This document shows positions 44,838 through 54,525 of a stretch of 64,000 bases of DNA, piece after piece. The stretch is from an uncultured Chlorobiales bacterium (GTDB lineage: Bacteria; Bacteroidota; Chlorobiia; Chlorobiales; Chloroherpetonaceae). Below the pieces are notes generated by a model that was not told the origin of the DNA, did not search any database, and was given only the letters and a program-made list of their open reading frames with translations. Numbering within the stretch: position 1 is the stretch's first letter; the number at the start of each line of letters is the position of its first letter. The stretch is taken from positions 168,333 to 232,332 of the forward strand of contig CAZXOK010000003.1 in the NCBI GenBank assembly GCA_964642175.1. Direction: 5' to 3'. The position numbers and the translations under genes were made by a program.

Positions 44838-47615
44838 ATGTATAAGCCTAATTACCGTAAGATTCCCTTTATCATATTATTGATAAGTATTCTATTTTCA
44901 ACAGTTGCTCTTGCTCAAACAGGTAAAATTGTTGGACGTGTAACTGACAAAGAATTTGCAGAAGAACTTATCGGCGCCAGTGTTGCCGTTGTGGGTACTT
45001 CCATAGGTGCGCTCACTGATCTGGATGGTGATTTTAATATCTCCCTCAAACCCGGCTCATATAGCTTAAGAATTTCATATATCGGCTATCAAACACAAAC
45101 GGTTAAAGGAATAGAAGTAAAGGCTGATGCCACCACTCGCCAGGATATTGAAATGGATTCCGAAGGTGTTCAGTCCCAGGAGATTTTGGTTGAAGCGGAA
45201 CTGAGCACCGCCACAGAAGGCGCACTTTTAACCGAACGCAGAAAATCACTTGCCGTTTCCGACGGTGTGAGCGCTGAGTTTATCAAGAAAACTCCTGACT
45301 CTGACGCCGGAGACGCCATTAAGCGTACCACAGGAATTTCGGTGATGGACGGAAAATATGTGTTTGTGCGTGGTTTAGGCGAACGTTACAGCAACACCCA
45401 GCTCAACGGCGTGAATATCCCAAGTCCGGAACCGGAAAAAAAGGTTGTCCCGTTTGATATTATTCCCGCAAACTTGATTGAAAATATCGTTACCATCAAA
45501 ACCTTTTTGCCAGACCAACCCGGTACATTTGCGGGCGGTTTGGTGCGTATCAAAACCAAAGAGTTTCCCGATGAATTTCAGCTAAATTTTGGAGCTTCGA
45601 GCGGCATTAACACCAATGCACATTTTACAGATATTCTAACTTATAACGGCGGTAGTACGGATTTTCTTGGAATTGACGATGGTACAAGGGAATTGCCAAA
45701 TGTTGGCTCTTTGGTAAGAGGATCCGCAAAAGGTTCGGAACGCGCTAATGCGTTAGCTCAATTTAATAATGAAAATCCGTTTCCGGTATCAGGACGCTAT
45801 TTACCAAATCAAAGTTATAGCTTATCTATTGCTGACCAAATAAATATGGGCCCGCTCCCGCTGGGTTATATTGCAAACCTTACCTATTCAACTGGGCATT
45901 CATATAAATCGCAATATTCTTTCTTCCCAACCATTGACCAAGGCAATGACTTTACTTATCGGTGGAATACCGACATTGCTTCTTATAACGTTAATTGGGG
46001 CGGGGTTATGAATTTTACCACAAAGCTCAACAGCGATAATAAAATTGGGTTAAAGTCAACTTATAATCGCACCGCTGAAGATGAAGTTTTATTGGCATAT
46101 GGGAATACAAGAATGCCTGATGATACATTTTTGAATCGGACTTCGCGCGTGAGATTTGTAGAACGGCAAATGTGGTCGACTCAGTTATCGGGTAATCATT
46201 ATTTTGATTGGTTGGCAAAATCAGATTTAGAATGGAAAGCGCAATATGCTTCTGCAAAACGCCATGAACCAGACAATAGAGAAACTTATTATTATGATGA
46301 TTTTACAGGTTACGGATTTCGCTTTGACCCTGATTCCAGACGCAACACCAGATTTTTCTCTGACTTAGATGATAATCAGTATGATGTCATGGCTGATTTT
46401 ACCATTCCCTTTAAGCAATGGGATGGCTTAAAGTCAAAGTTAAAAATCGGTGGTTTGTGGAGTAAAAAAGACCGAGATTTTGCTGCACGGCGTTTTAGGT
46501 ATGACGCTTCCCCTACTGACTCAGAGCCAAATGAATTCTTCACGCCTGAAAACGTTGAAAAAGGGCTGATTTCATTTGAAGAAACTACCCAGCCGACCGA
46601 TGCTTATACAGCAGATGAATCTGTAACGGCTGGATATTTCTTGATTGAATTGCCCGTGTATAGAGCCTTGAGAGTTATTGGGGGTGCCAGAGTTGAAAAT
46701 AATGACATTAACGTATTCTCTAATAAAATTGGGGGTGAACCGATTTATGGTGGATTTAAGAAAACCAATATTTTGCCCTCTTTGAATCTCGTTTATGAAC
46801 TTAATGACAAAATGAATTTGAGAGGGGCAGTTAGCCAAACCATCGCTAATCCCCAGTTAAGAGAATTGGCCCCGTTTCAATTTGATAACTACCGTAATTC
46901 AACGGTCGGTAACCCGTATTTGGAACAAACTACTATCACAAACTATGATTTGCGCTGGGAGTTCTTCCCTAAATTTAGCGAAATTATAGCCGTTAGCGTG
47001 TTTTACAAATCCATTGATAAACCCCTTGAAACCATTATTATATTAGGCGCCGGCACCAGACCATTCAGTACCACAGTAAACGGGACAGAAGCTAAAAACT
47101 ATGGGGCTGAATTTGAATTTCGGAAAAATCTTTCTTTCCTCTCCGAAAACTTAGAGAACTTTTCGCTTGGAACTAACTTGACCTTGCTTCACTCTGAAAT
47201 CGTGCAAGGGCAATTTGCGCGTATTATGGATGCCGCTACGGCTTCGCCAATAGACGTCTCATTGCCGTCTTTAAGTAGTGCAAGAAAAATGCAAGGACAA
47301 TCGCCCTATGTGGTTAATGTAAATTTAGGCTATAACAACACTGAAAGTGGTTTCTCTGGAATCTTGCTTTACAACATTGTGGGCGAGAGAATTTATGAGA
47401 TAAGCGGTAACCAGAATATGCTCCATAACTTTATTGAGCAGCCGCGCCACCAACTTGACTTGTCGATTGCCAAAAAATTTGAGACTGGTTTTAACGTCAA
47501 GTTAAATGTGAAAAATATTCTAAACGACAGCTATCTCATTACTTTTGGCGACGATGAAGCTGAGCGTTATAAAACCGGAACAACGTATTCGCTTTCTTTA
47601 TCTTATGCGCTTTAA
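44838..47615 (+). CDS. TonB-dependent receptor (CarboxypepD_reg + plug + large barrel)
   Basis: 925 aa. TGKIVGRVTDKEFAEELIGASVAVVGTSIGALTDLDGDFNI, a plug FVRGLGERYSNTQLNGVNIPSPEP, and the barrel end ...YSLSLSYAL. Confidence 0.85.
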   Translation: MYKPNYRKIPFIILLISILFSTVALAQTGKIVGRVTDKEFAEELIGASVAVVGTSIGALTDLDGDFNISLKPGSYSLRISYIGYQTQTVKGIEVKADATTRQDIEMDSEGVQSQEILVEAELSTATEGALLTERRKSLAVSDGVSAEFIKKTPDSDAGDAIKRTTGISVMDGKYVFVRGLGERYSNTQLNGVNIPSPEPEKKVVPFDIIPANLIENIVTIKTFLPDQPGTFAGGLVRIKTKEFPDEFQLNFGASSGINTNAHFTDILTYNGGSTDFLGIDDGTRELPNVGSLVRGSAKGSERANALAQFNNENPFPVSGRYLPNQSYSLSIADQINMGPLPLGYIANLTYSTGHSYKSQYSFFPTIDQGNDFTYRWNTDIASYNVNWGGVMNFTTKLNSDNKIGLKSTYNRTAEDEVLLAYGNTRMPDDTFLNRTSRVRFVERQMWSTQLSGNHYFDWLAKSDLEWKAQYASAKRHEPDNRETYYYDDFTGYGFRFDPDSRRNTRFFSDLDDNQYDVMADFTIPFKQWDGLKSKLKIGGLWSKKDRDFAARRFRYDASPTDSEPNEFFTPENVEKGLISFEETTQPTDAYTADESVTAGYFLIELPVYRALRVIGGARVENNDINVFSNKIGGEPIYGGFKKTNILPSLNLVYELNDKMNLRGAVSQTIANPQLRELAPFQFDNYRNSTVGNPYLEQTTITNYDLRWEFFPKFSEIIAVSVFYKSIDKPLETIIILGAGTRPFSTTVNGTEAKNYGAEFEFRKNLSFLSENLENFSLGTNLTLLHSEIVQGQFARIMDAATASPIDVSLPSLSSARKMQGQSPYVVNVNLGYNNTESGFSGILLYNIVGERIYEISGNQNMLHNFIEQPRHQLDLSIAKKFETGFNVKLNVKNILNDSYLITFGDDEAERYKTGTTYSLSLSYAL

Positions 47616-47671
47616 TTCGTTTTAACTTATGTTCTTTTTCAATTATTTCTTAAACAAACAGGAGGATTAAA

Positions 47672-49057
47672 ATGAGAGACATTCTCAAAAAGCTTATGTT
47701 AGCACTTTCATTTATTGCCGTAGTCGGGTTGGTCGGCTGTGATGACGATGATAATGGAGTAGATGGTAATGGTGGAGGCAATAACGGCTCATCAGACGTC
47801 GAACTTCGTGGTGAAATCCAGACGGATATGACACTCGATTCGTTAAAAGTCTATCATGTTGTTGGATTTGTCAATGTAATGCCGGGTGTGAAGCTCACCA
47901 TTCCCGCTGGAACGAAATTAATTGGCTTCAAAGGTGAACGCTCTACTCTTCAAGCAATTAGAGGCGATGGTACAAACCTAAGCGGTCAAATTATCGCGAA
48001 TGGAACGCAAGACAATCCAATTGTCTTCACCAGCGGTGAGCCAGTAGGTTCAAGAGCACGTGGTGATATTGGCGGTATTGTGCTGAACGGCAGTGCGTTG
48101 AACAATATCCCAGGTGGTATTCGCGTAGGTGAAGGCGGTGCTGGTTCTGGCGGCGGCGACAAAGACGATGACAACAGCGGTGTATTGAAATATGTCCGTG
48201 TTGAATTTGGTGGAACTGTTATTGCTGAAGGAAGCGAAATTAACGGCTTCTCGTTCAACAGTGTGGGCAGCGAGACAAAAGTAGAATATTGCCAATCTCA
48301 CTTCATTGCAGATGATGGCTTTGAATGGTGGGGCGGTACTGCAAATGCAAAATACTTGGTTTCTACCGGTAATGATGACGACAACTTTGATATGGACAAC
48401 GGTTGGCGTGGTAAACTCCAATTCGGTGTTTGCGTTCAAGACCCAGAGATCGGTAACCGTGGTTATGAATCCAACAACGATGATGATGGAAGCAATAACT
48501 TGCCGATTACGCATCCACACGTCTATAACATGACGCTCATTGGCGGCGGTTCTGACAAAAACAAAGAAAAAGACGGTATGGTGTTGAGAGCCAATGTGTC
48601 CGGTATCTTTAAAAATACGATTGTTGCCAACTTCAAAGATTATGGCATTCGTATCGATGGTCCGGGTTCTACGGCAAACTTCATGAACCGTGCCGCTGCT
48701 GGCGATTCATCATTGGAGCTTAACGGCATTATGGTTTGGTGCAAAGGCGGAACAGATGCCAACGCCGATTCTATTTTGAGCAAGAGCAAAGTTAAAGGCT
48801 GGACAGGTGATGAGGTTTTAGCAGAACTTGCTGATAACAACGTGTTTGGAGCCGACCCGAATTTTGCAGGCTTTACTTATCCAGCAGACCCATTCACAGG
48901 CACAGTGCCAAACTTGAAGCCAACTGCTGCTGAAGCTACCAGCAAAGCTGCTACGATTACTGCTGATGGTTTCTTTGACGCTGCTAATTACATTGGCGCA
49001 TTTGACCCAGCTGGTTCAAACTGGATGGACGGTTGGACACAATGGGCAAGAAACTAA
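47672..49057 (+). CDS. Lipoprotein, Gly/Asp-rich repeat-containing, possible beta-helix; receptor partner
   Basis: An AGGAGG RBS lies 8 nt upstream and the lipobox is LVGC followed by DDDDNG. There are repeated G/D/N-rich turns (GDIGGIVLNG, GGAGSGGGDKDDDNSG, DDGFEWWGGT, GNDDDNFDMDNGW, NNDDDGSNN). No family name recognised. Confidence 0.55.
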   Translation: MRDILKKLMLALSFIAVVGLVGCDDDDNGVDGNGGGNNGSSDVELRGEIQTDMTLDSLKVYHVVGFVNVMPGVKLTIPAGTKLIGFKGERSTLQAIRGDGTNLSGQIIANGTQDNPIVFTSGEPVGSRARGDIGGIVLNGSALNNIPGGIRVGEGGAGSGGGDKDDDNSGVLKYVRVEFGGTVIAEGSEINGFSFNSVGSETKVEYCQSHFIADDGFEWWGGTANAKYLVSTGNDDDNFDMDNGWRGKLQFGVCVQDPEIGNRGYESNNDDDGSNNLPITHPHVYNMTLIGGGSDKNKEKDGMVLRANVSGIFKNTIVANFKDYGIRIDGPGSTANFMNRAAAGDSSLELNGIMVWCKGGTDANADSILSKSKVKGWTGDEVLAELADNNVFGADPNFAGFTYPADPFTGTVPNLKPTAAEATSKAATITADGFFDAANYIGAFDPAGSNWMDGWTQWARN

Positions 49058-49080
49058 GTTTTTCTATAAGTTAGTTTTTA

Positions 49081-49112
49081 AAGCAAGCTTCCTCAGGAAG
49101 CTTGCTTTTTTT
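49081..49112 (+). terminator. Rho-independent terminator
   Basis: AAGCAAGCTTCC-TCA-GGAAGCTTGCTT followed by a T run, 24 nt after the stop at 49057. Confidence 0.8.
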
Positions 49113-49134
49113 GTTAACCGAAAATCACATTGTT

Positions 49135-49719
49135 ATGAAAAGTCATGTATTAGTATTAATACTTATAAGTATCGGATTGTTTTTTGGATGTGGTGAAAAG
49201 AAAACTAGCGAAAAACAGCCGTTAGTTGATAAAGAGCCTCACACGTTAAAACCCTACAAAGAACCCTTGGCAGATAGTATTTTAAGTCGTTCGTTAAGCC
49301 ATGCGTATTCAACGCCAGATAGTTTAGGTAGAGCTATTATAAATGCCCTTATTGCAAAAGATTCGTTATCACTTATTAATTTAACCATAAATCAAAACGA
49401 ATATTTAAATTGGATATGGCCGGAGGAACCTTCCAGCGATCCCAAATTTAATATTCCATTAGACTTTGCATGGGAAAACCTGAACAGAGATTCTTATATG
49501 GGGTTAAAGAAGGTCTTTAGTCGTTATGCAGGAAAAGACCTTGAGTTGGTTTCCATGAAACTCTTAGGTGAGAAAATCAAACATCAAACCTACACGTACC
49601 ATCGCGATCCTGAATTAAAGATTAAATACGCGGATGGTAGCACGGATGTAATTCATCATATTGGAACCATTGTAGAAATGAACAACAAGTATAAGGTTCT
49701 TTTTTATAAAAAAGATTAA
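49135..49719 (+). CDS. Small hypothetical lipoprotein
   Basis: MKSHVLVLILISIGLFFGC lipobox. I chose the Met at 49135 because the track start at 49102 lies inside the upstream terminator. Confidence 0.5.
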   Translation: MKSHVLVLILISIGLFFGCGEKKTSEKQPLVDKEPHTLKPYKEPLADSILSRSLSHAYSTPDSLGRAIINALIAKDSLSLINLTINQNEYLNWIWPEEPSSDPKFNIPLDFAWENLNRDSYMGLKKVFSRYAGKDLELVSMKLLGEKIKHQTYTYHRDPELKIKYADGSTDVIHHIGTIVEMNNKYKVLFYKKD

Positions 49720-49744
49720 ATGAATTTTGATAAAAGATCATCAA

Positions 49745-49776
49745 AAGAGCAACTTATACGGGTTGCTCTTTTTTTT
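49745..49776 (+). terminator. Rho-independent terminator
   Basis: AGAGCAAC-TTATACGG-GTTGCTCT followed by T8. Confidence 0.7.
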
Positions 49777-49805
49777 ACCCCCTATTTTTTTTACATTCAG
49801 ATGTT

Positions 49806-49995
49806 TTGGTGCCCGATTACGGGATAATAGGGAAATGTGTGAAAATCACATACTGTACCCGCAACTGTAATTCACGACGGTTTTTCAGCCAGCTTTGAAA
49901 AACCATGATTTAAACATGCCACTGCAACACTCCGCCCAGGAGAATGTGGGAAGGCAAAATCAAATTCATCGTGGAAAGTCAGGAGACCTGCCAGA
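49806..49995 (+). promoter_or_regulatory. Cobalamin (B12) riboswitch
   Basis: TTGGTGCCCGATTACGGGATAATAGGGAAATGTGTGAAAATCACATACTGTACCCGCAACTGTAA...GGGAAGGCAAAATCAAATTCATCGTGGAAAGTCAGGAGACCTGCCAG. The core is canonical and the B12 box AGTCAGGAGACCTGCC lies at about 49977-49992. It sits about 120 nt upstream of the receptor gene. Confidence 0.85.
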
Positions 49996-50113
49996 AACTA
50001 TGCAAGTGCACATGTCACAATAGCTACGGGTTTTAGCGTTGCATATCCGGTTTTGATATTAAAAAAACATCCGTTATTCAAATAGACCTCCATAAGAGGC
50101 GACTTGTTTCTCT

Positions 50114-52165
50114 ATGACACGTTTGGTTAATCAATCTGTGAGGATTGGAAATGTATTTTTGTTTTTAGCCGTTGCATGTTCATCCTTGTTTACAGAAACC
50201 TTGAAAGCACAACAAAAGGGTAGCTATGATTCGCTTCTTATTTATGAAGCAGAAATCATAGAGATCAGCGATGAAAAACCCAAAGCTGAAATTCTCTCAA
50301 TATTTCCGGTTCAGCAGTTCAATCAAAAAGAAATAGAACAACTTAGCGTAAATAACGTAGCCGAAGCTGTAAAATTTATGCCGGGTGTTATGATAAAAGA
50401 TTATGGCGGCATTGGTGGGTTAAAAACGATCTCAGTGAGAAGTTTAAGCGCATCTCATACATCAGTATTTATCGATGGGATCAAATTCAGTAATTCACAA
50501 AGCGGCCATATTGATCTGGGTCGTTTTTCAACGGATCGTTTATCAGAAATTGAAGTACATAGTTCCGGGATTTCATCTGACTTAAATCTTCCGGCTCAAG
50601 CTTACCTCACATCCAGTTCACTTTATTTACAAACCCAGGGAGCCGAATTTAAAGGGTTAGACCAGAGTGTTGCTATAGACTCTAAAGTGAGTTTTGGATC
50701 TTTTGGGTATAAAGAGTTTCAGTTGGGTGGCCGTTGGCAGCCTTTGGAATCAGTGCGGTTAAGCATGAATATTGATCGCACAGATGCAACAGGTGAGTAT
50801 GATTATGATTTCCAGAATGGAAGTATTACCGAGTCGCTGCGCCGGAAAAATACCGACATTGAAGCCACCCGAGTGGAGTCTGATTTAAAATTCAAAGCAG
50901 GTGAAGATAGTTATCTAAACATAAAGGGTTACGGGTACTTTTCCGAACGCGGTTTGCCTGGCGCAGTGATAGTAGGTTATTATGATAAATCCAAAGAACG
51001 CTTGTGGAATGATGATGCGTTTTTGCAAAGCTTATGGTCGTCTAAAGCATTTAGTACTCTCAATTACGTGGTTCGGGCCAAGTATGCATATTCTCATACC
51101 AGGTATCTCAATCCAGTCTATTTTGCCGGCGCTCTGGATAATCGATATACCGAGCATGAAGCTTATACCTCGTTTAGTCTCAGCCAAAAACTCAATAATT
51201 ATTTCAGCCTTAGCAGCTCGTCGGACATTTCCTGGAATACCATGCAATCGGCTCAATTCAGCGACTCACCCGAACGCTTTTCCTTGCTAACGGTGGCCGC
51301 ATTAAAAATAATGTTTGCTGATCTGGAATTAAACGGAAGTTTGTTGCTCTCAGAGGTTGAAGAAAAGAGTTTTGATGAAGCCGTTGTTCGCAACAGAAGC
51401 GATCTCTTGCCATCGCTTTCAATAGGGTATTGGATGACCAACGAGGTCCATACGGCTGTGTCTTATAAGCAAAGCTTGCGTCTGCCTAGTTTTAATGAAA
51501 TGTATTTCCCCAGATACGGCAATACCAATATCCGGCCTGAATATACCACTCAATACAACATTAAACTTGGCTATCAACGAAGATTTCATGGTTACCTCGA
51601 ATCTCTTTCTCTAAACGGAGATCTTTTTCGCTTAAAGATCCGCGATAAAATTATCTCAATGCCAAGAGGTAGTTTGTTTAATTGGTCGGTGATGAATTTA
51701 AACCGGGTCGAAACCACGGGATTTGAGCTAAATGGCCAGATCACCCTAAATCTGCCAGGGCCTTTAAAAGCATCTTTCTCTGGAGCCTTTACCTACCAGG
51801 AAGCCCTTGAAAAAACCCCCTCTTCTTCGCCGTACTTTCAGGAGTCAACATATGGGAAGCAGATTGCATATACCCCAAAAACGACAGGTTCAATTATCTC
51901 ATCACTTTATTATAACAACCTAAGCCTAAGCTGGCAAATGGCTAGTGTGGGTGAAAGATTTGTTTCGGGCGAGCAAACCATTCAGAATTATATGCCGGGT
52001 TACAGCACCCACGACTTTAATATGATCTATAAGTTCAAAGTTTTCTCTATGAAATCAACGTTTAAAGCGGAGCTTAAAAACGCCTTTGATATGCGCTATG
52101 AGGTGATCAAAAGTTATCCCATGCCCGGAAGAAGTGTAAGGGTTTCATTTTCTGTTCATTCGTAA
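50114..52165 (+). CDS. btuB: TonB-dependent receptor, BtuB-like by riboswitch context
   Basis: 683 aa with a signal peptide, a plug (NVAEAVKFMPGVMIKDYGGIGGLKTISVRSLSASHTSVFIDGIKF) and a barrel ending ...VRVSFSVHS. It lies directly downstream of a cobalamin riboswitch. Confidence 0.75.
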   Translation: MTRLVNQSVRIGNVFLFLAVACSSLFTETLKAQQKGSYDSLLIYEAEIIEISDEKPKAEILSIFPVQQFNQKEIEQLSVNNVAEAVKFMPGVMIKDYGGIGGLKTISVRSLSASHTSVFIDGIKFSNSQSGHIDLGRFSTDRLSEIEVHSSGISSDLNLPAQAYLTSSSLYLQTQGAEFKGLDQSVAIDSKVSFGSFGYKEFQLGGRWQPLESVRLSMNIDRTDATGEYDYDFQNGSITESLRRKNTDIEATRVESDLKFKAGEDSYLNIKGYGYFSERGLPGAVIVGYYDKSKERLWNDDAFLQSLWSSKAFSTLNYVVRAKYAYSHTRYLNPVYFAGALDNRYTEHEAYTSFSLSQKLNNYFSLSSSSDISWNTMQSAQFSDSPERFSLLTVAALKIMFADLELNGSLLLSEVEEKSFDEAVVRNRSDLLPSLSIGYWMTNEVHTAVSYKQSLRLPSFNEMYFPRYGNTNIRPEYTTQYNIKLGYQRRFHGYLESLSLNGDLFRLKIRDKIISMPRGSLFNWSVMNLNRVETTGFELNGQITLNLPGPLKASFSGAFTYQEALEKTPSSSPYFQESTYGKQIAYTPKTTGSIISSLYYNNLSLSWQMASVGERFVSGEQTIQNYMPGYSTHDFNMIYKFKVFSMKSTFKAELKNAFDMRYEVIKSYPMPGRSVRVSFSVHS

Positions 52166-52192
52166 ATCATTTAATTAAAAAACTAAACAAAC

Positions 52193-53317
52193 ATGAAAAA
52201 AACATTATCTCTCAGAAAGTCGTTCTGGCTTGCGCTACTCTCTTTTGCAATGCTTATACCATTAACCGGTTGTGATGAAGATGAGGATTGTCCATCATGC
52301 CCTGAAAGCGTTTGTATGACAACCAAGGGTGCGCTGGTACTAAATGAAGGATTGTTCAATGCTAATAATGCTTCACTGTCTCATTACAGCTATAATTGTC
52401 TGGATGTAACCCAAAATTTTTTCATGGAAAAAATCGGCCGGTTATTAGGTGATACGGGTAATGATATCCTTTTGGTAGATGACCGATTATATATTGTGGT
52501 CAATAACTCAAATCGAGTTGAAGTAGTTGATATTAACGACTGGTCCTCAATTGCTTCAATTGAAATGGTGAAAGATACGTTTGGGAGCTCACCACGTGAA
52601 ATTGTGGAATACAATGGAAAACTTTTTGTGACCAATTTCAATGGTTATATGGCTGTAATAGATACAGCTAATAATTATCAAAATCCTATTCAATGGATTG
52701 AAGTTGATCCAAGCTCAGAAGGATTGGCAATTGCGAATAACAAGCTCTATGTCGCAAATTCGAACTACGATTTCATTAATTCTCAGGCAAACCCGGGAAG
52801 CATTAATATTATTAATCCGGTAACCTTAACGGTTGAAGATACAATAGAAAATATTGGCGTTAATATTTCACAAATTGCAGCTGATGCCTATGGCGATTTG
52901 TATATTGTATCCAGGGGAAATTATGCAGATATTACACCAAGCCTGGAGTTGTTCAATACATCTACAAATACAGTGGACTCCACGTTTGAAATGGATGCCC
53001 AGCTCATCAGAATATCAGGTGATAAGGCATACGTGTCTGTTGGTGGGTATGATTTCACCGCAGGTGCTTTTGTATCGGAAATTGCAAAAATGGATGTGAA
53101 AGCCGATACCATGATTACAGATGTATTGATTGGCTCATCAAATTTTCAGTCCTTGTATGGAATTAATATTGAACCCGAGACTGGTGATATTTATTGTACA
53201 GACTCAAAAGATTTCACCGTTTCTGGCGATGTAATATGTTTTGATAAATCCGGAACTAAAAAGTTTGAGTTTAAAGCCGGTATCAATCCTTCTGAGGTTG
53301 TGTTTTATAATAAGTAA
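52193..53317 (+). CDS. Surface/periplasmic beta-propeller lipoprotein (YncE-like repeats), candidate corrinoid-binding partner
   Basis: Lipobox LTGC followed by an acidic DEDEDCPSCPE. Repeated blade-like motifs: LYIVVNNSNRVEVVD, KLFVTNFNGYMAVID, KLYVANSNYD, DLYIVSRGNY, DIYCTDSKDF. It lies between the BtuB-like gene and cobO. Confidence 0.5.
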   Translation: MKKTLSLRKSFWLALLSFAMLIPLTGCDEDEDCPSCPESVCMTTKGALVLNEGLFNANNASLSHYSYNCLDVTQNFFMEKIGRLLGDTGNDILLVDDRLYIVVNNSNRVEVVDINDWSSIASIEMVKDTFGSSPREIVEYNGKLFVTNFNGYMAVIDTANNYQNPIQWIEVDPSSEGLAIANNKLYVANSNYDFINSQANPGSINIINPVTLTVEDTIENIGVNISQIAADAYGDLYIVSRGNYADITPSLELFNTSTNTVDSTFEMDAQLIRISGDKAYVSVGGYDFTAGAFVSEIAKMDVKADTMITDVLIGSSNFQSLYGINIEPETGDIYCTDSKDFTVSGDVICFDKSGTKKFEFKAGINPSEVVFYNK

Positions 53318-53390
53318 CACGTAATTGAAAAAATAACTATTGGCATGGGGTATTATGAATAATGTTCCATGCCATTACCTTTTAATCATT

Positions 53391-53954
53391 ATGAATGAAC
53401 TCCATCTTTATTATGGCTACGGCAAAGGTAAAACCACCTCTGTAGTTGGATTATGTATCCGGGCCCTTGGTGCAGGCAAATCTGTAGCGTTTATACAATT
53501 TGATAAAGGATACGATGGCGAAAATGAACATTATTCAGAACGCCATGTCCTCAGAGATTTAATAAAGATGGGTTATAAGCTGGAGCTACACCCAACAGGT
53601 TGTGAACGAATGAATCCTGATGGCACCTTTCGGTTCAAAAATAATAGTGAGGATCTTAAAGAGGCTAATAAAGCATTATCTCTTGCAAAAGAAATAATGA
53701 ATCGGAAAAAAAAGGTTGATCTGTTGATTTTAGATGAAGGTTTGGCAGCCACAGCATACCATCTCTTGAAAAAAGAAGATCTTCTTGAATTTATTGATGC
53801 GTACGAAAAGCTAAACAAACCTTTCGAGTTGGTAATAACCGGGCATAAAACCTGGCCTGAGATTGAAAAGAGAGCCGATTTGATTACGGAGATGCGAAAA
53901 GTAAAGCATTATTTTGATAAAGGTGTCCCTGCAAAATTAGGTATAGAATTTTAA
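53391..53954 (+). CDS. cobO: Cob(I)yrinic acid a,c-diamide / cob(I)alamin adenosyltransferase (CobO/BtuR type)
   Basis: LHLYYGYGKGKTTSVVGLCIRALGAGKSVAFIQFDKG, DLLILDEGLAA, ELVITGH. I chose the Met at 53391. Confidence 0.85.
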   Translation: MNELHLYYGYGKGKTTSVVGLCIRALGAGKSVAFIQFDKGYDGENEHYSERHVLRDLIKMGYKLELHPTGCERMNPDGTFRFKNNSEDLKEANKALSLAKEIMNRKKKVDLLILDEGLAATAYHLLKKEDLLEFIDAYEKLNKPFELVITGHKTWPEIEKRADLITEMRKVKHYFDKGVPAKLGIEF

Positions 53955-54037
53955 TTAGATTAATTTTCACTCCATCCTGTTTTTAATCTTCACTATAGCT
54001 ATTAGTCAGAATACGCATAATATCAATTTGTCATACT

Positions 54038-54508
54038 ATGTTTGATGCGGACTCCTACAATAGATTAATGGAATTGGCTTATCGGGAAGCTGAGCGGGCA
54101 TTAGCCATTGATGAAGTACCAGTAGGAGCAGTAATAATTGACTCAAATGGTGCAATTATTGCAAGAGGGCACAATCAGGTTGAGAAGCTCAATGATACTA
54201 CAGCTCATGCTGAGATGCTGGCACTTACATCAGCGATGAATAGTTTGGGGGATAAATATTTAATGGATTGCACATTATGTGTCACATTAGAACCTTGTCC
54301 CATGTGTGCAGGCGCAATGGTGAATGCCAAGCTCGGGAGGTTGATTTTTGGGGCCTATGATCCCAAAATGGGGGCAGCCGGGACGTGCTTTAACCTTACT
54401 TACAATAAAAGCCTCAATCATAAAATCGACGTGATTGGTGGCATATTAGAAGATAAGAACACAGCGCTGTTAAAGGACTTTTTTAAACAAAGAAGATCTG
54501 CATTATAG
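54038..54508 (+). CDS. tadA: tRNA adenosine(34) deaminase
   Basis: VPVGAVII, HAEMLAL, TLEPCPMCAGA. Confidence 0.9.
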   Translation: MFDADSYNRLMELAYREAERALAIDEVPVGAVIIDSNGAIIARGHNQVEKLNDTTAHAEMLALTSAMNSLGDKYLMDCTLCVTLEPCPMCAGAMVNAKLGRLIFGAYDPKMGAAGTCFNLTYNKSLNHKIDVIGGILEDKNTALLKDFFKQRRSAL

Positions 54509-54525
54509 GATTTTATTTTGCAGAC

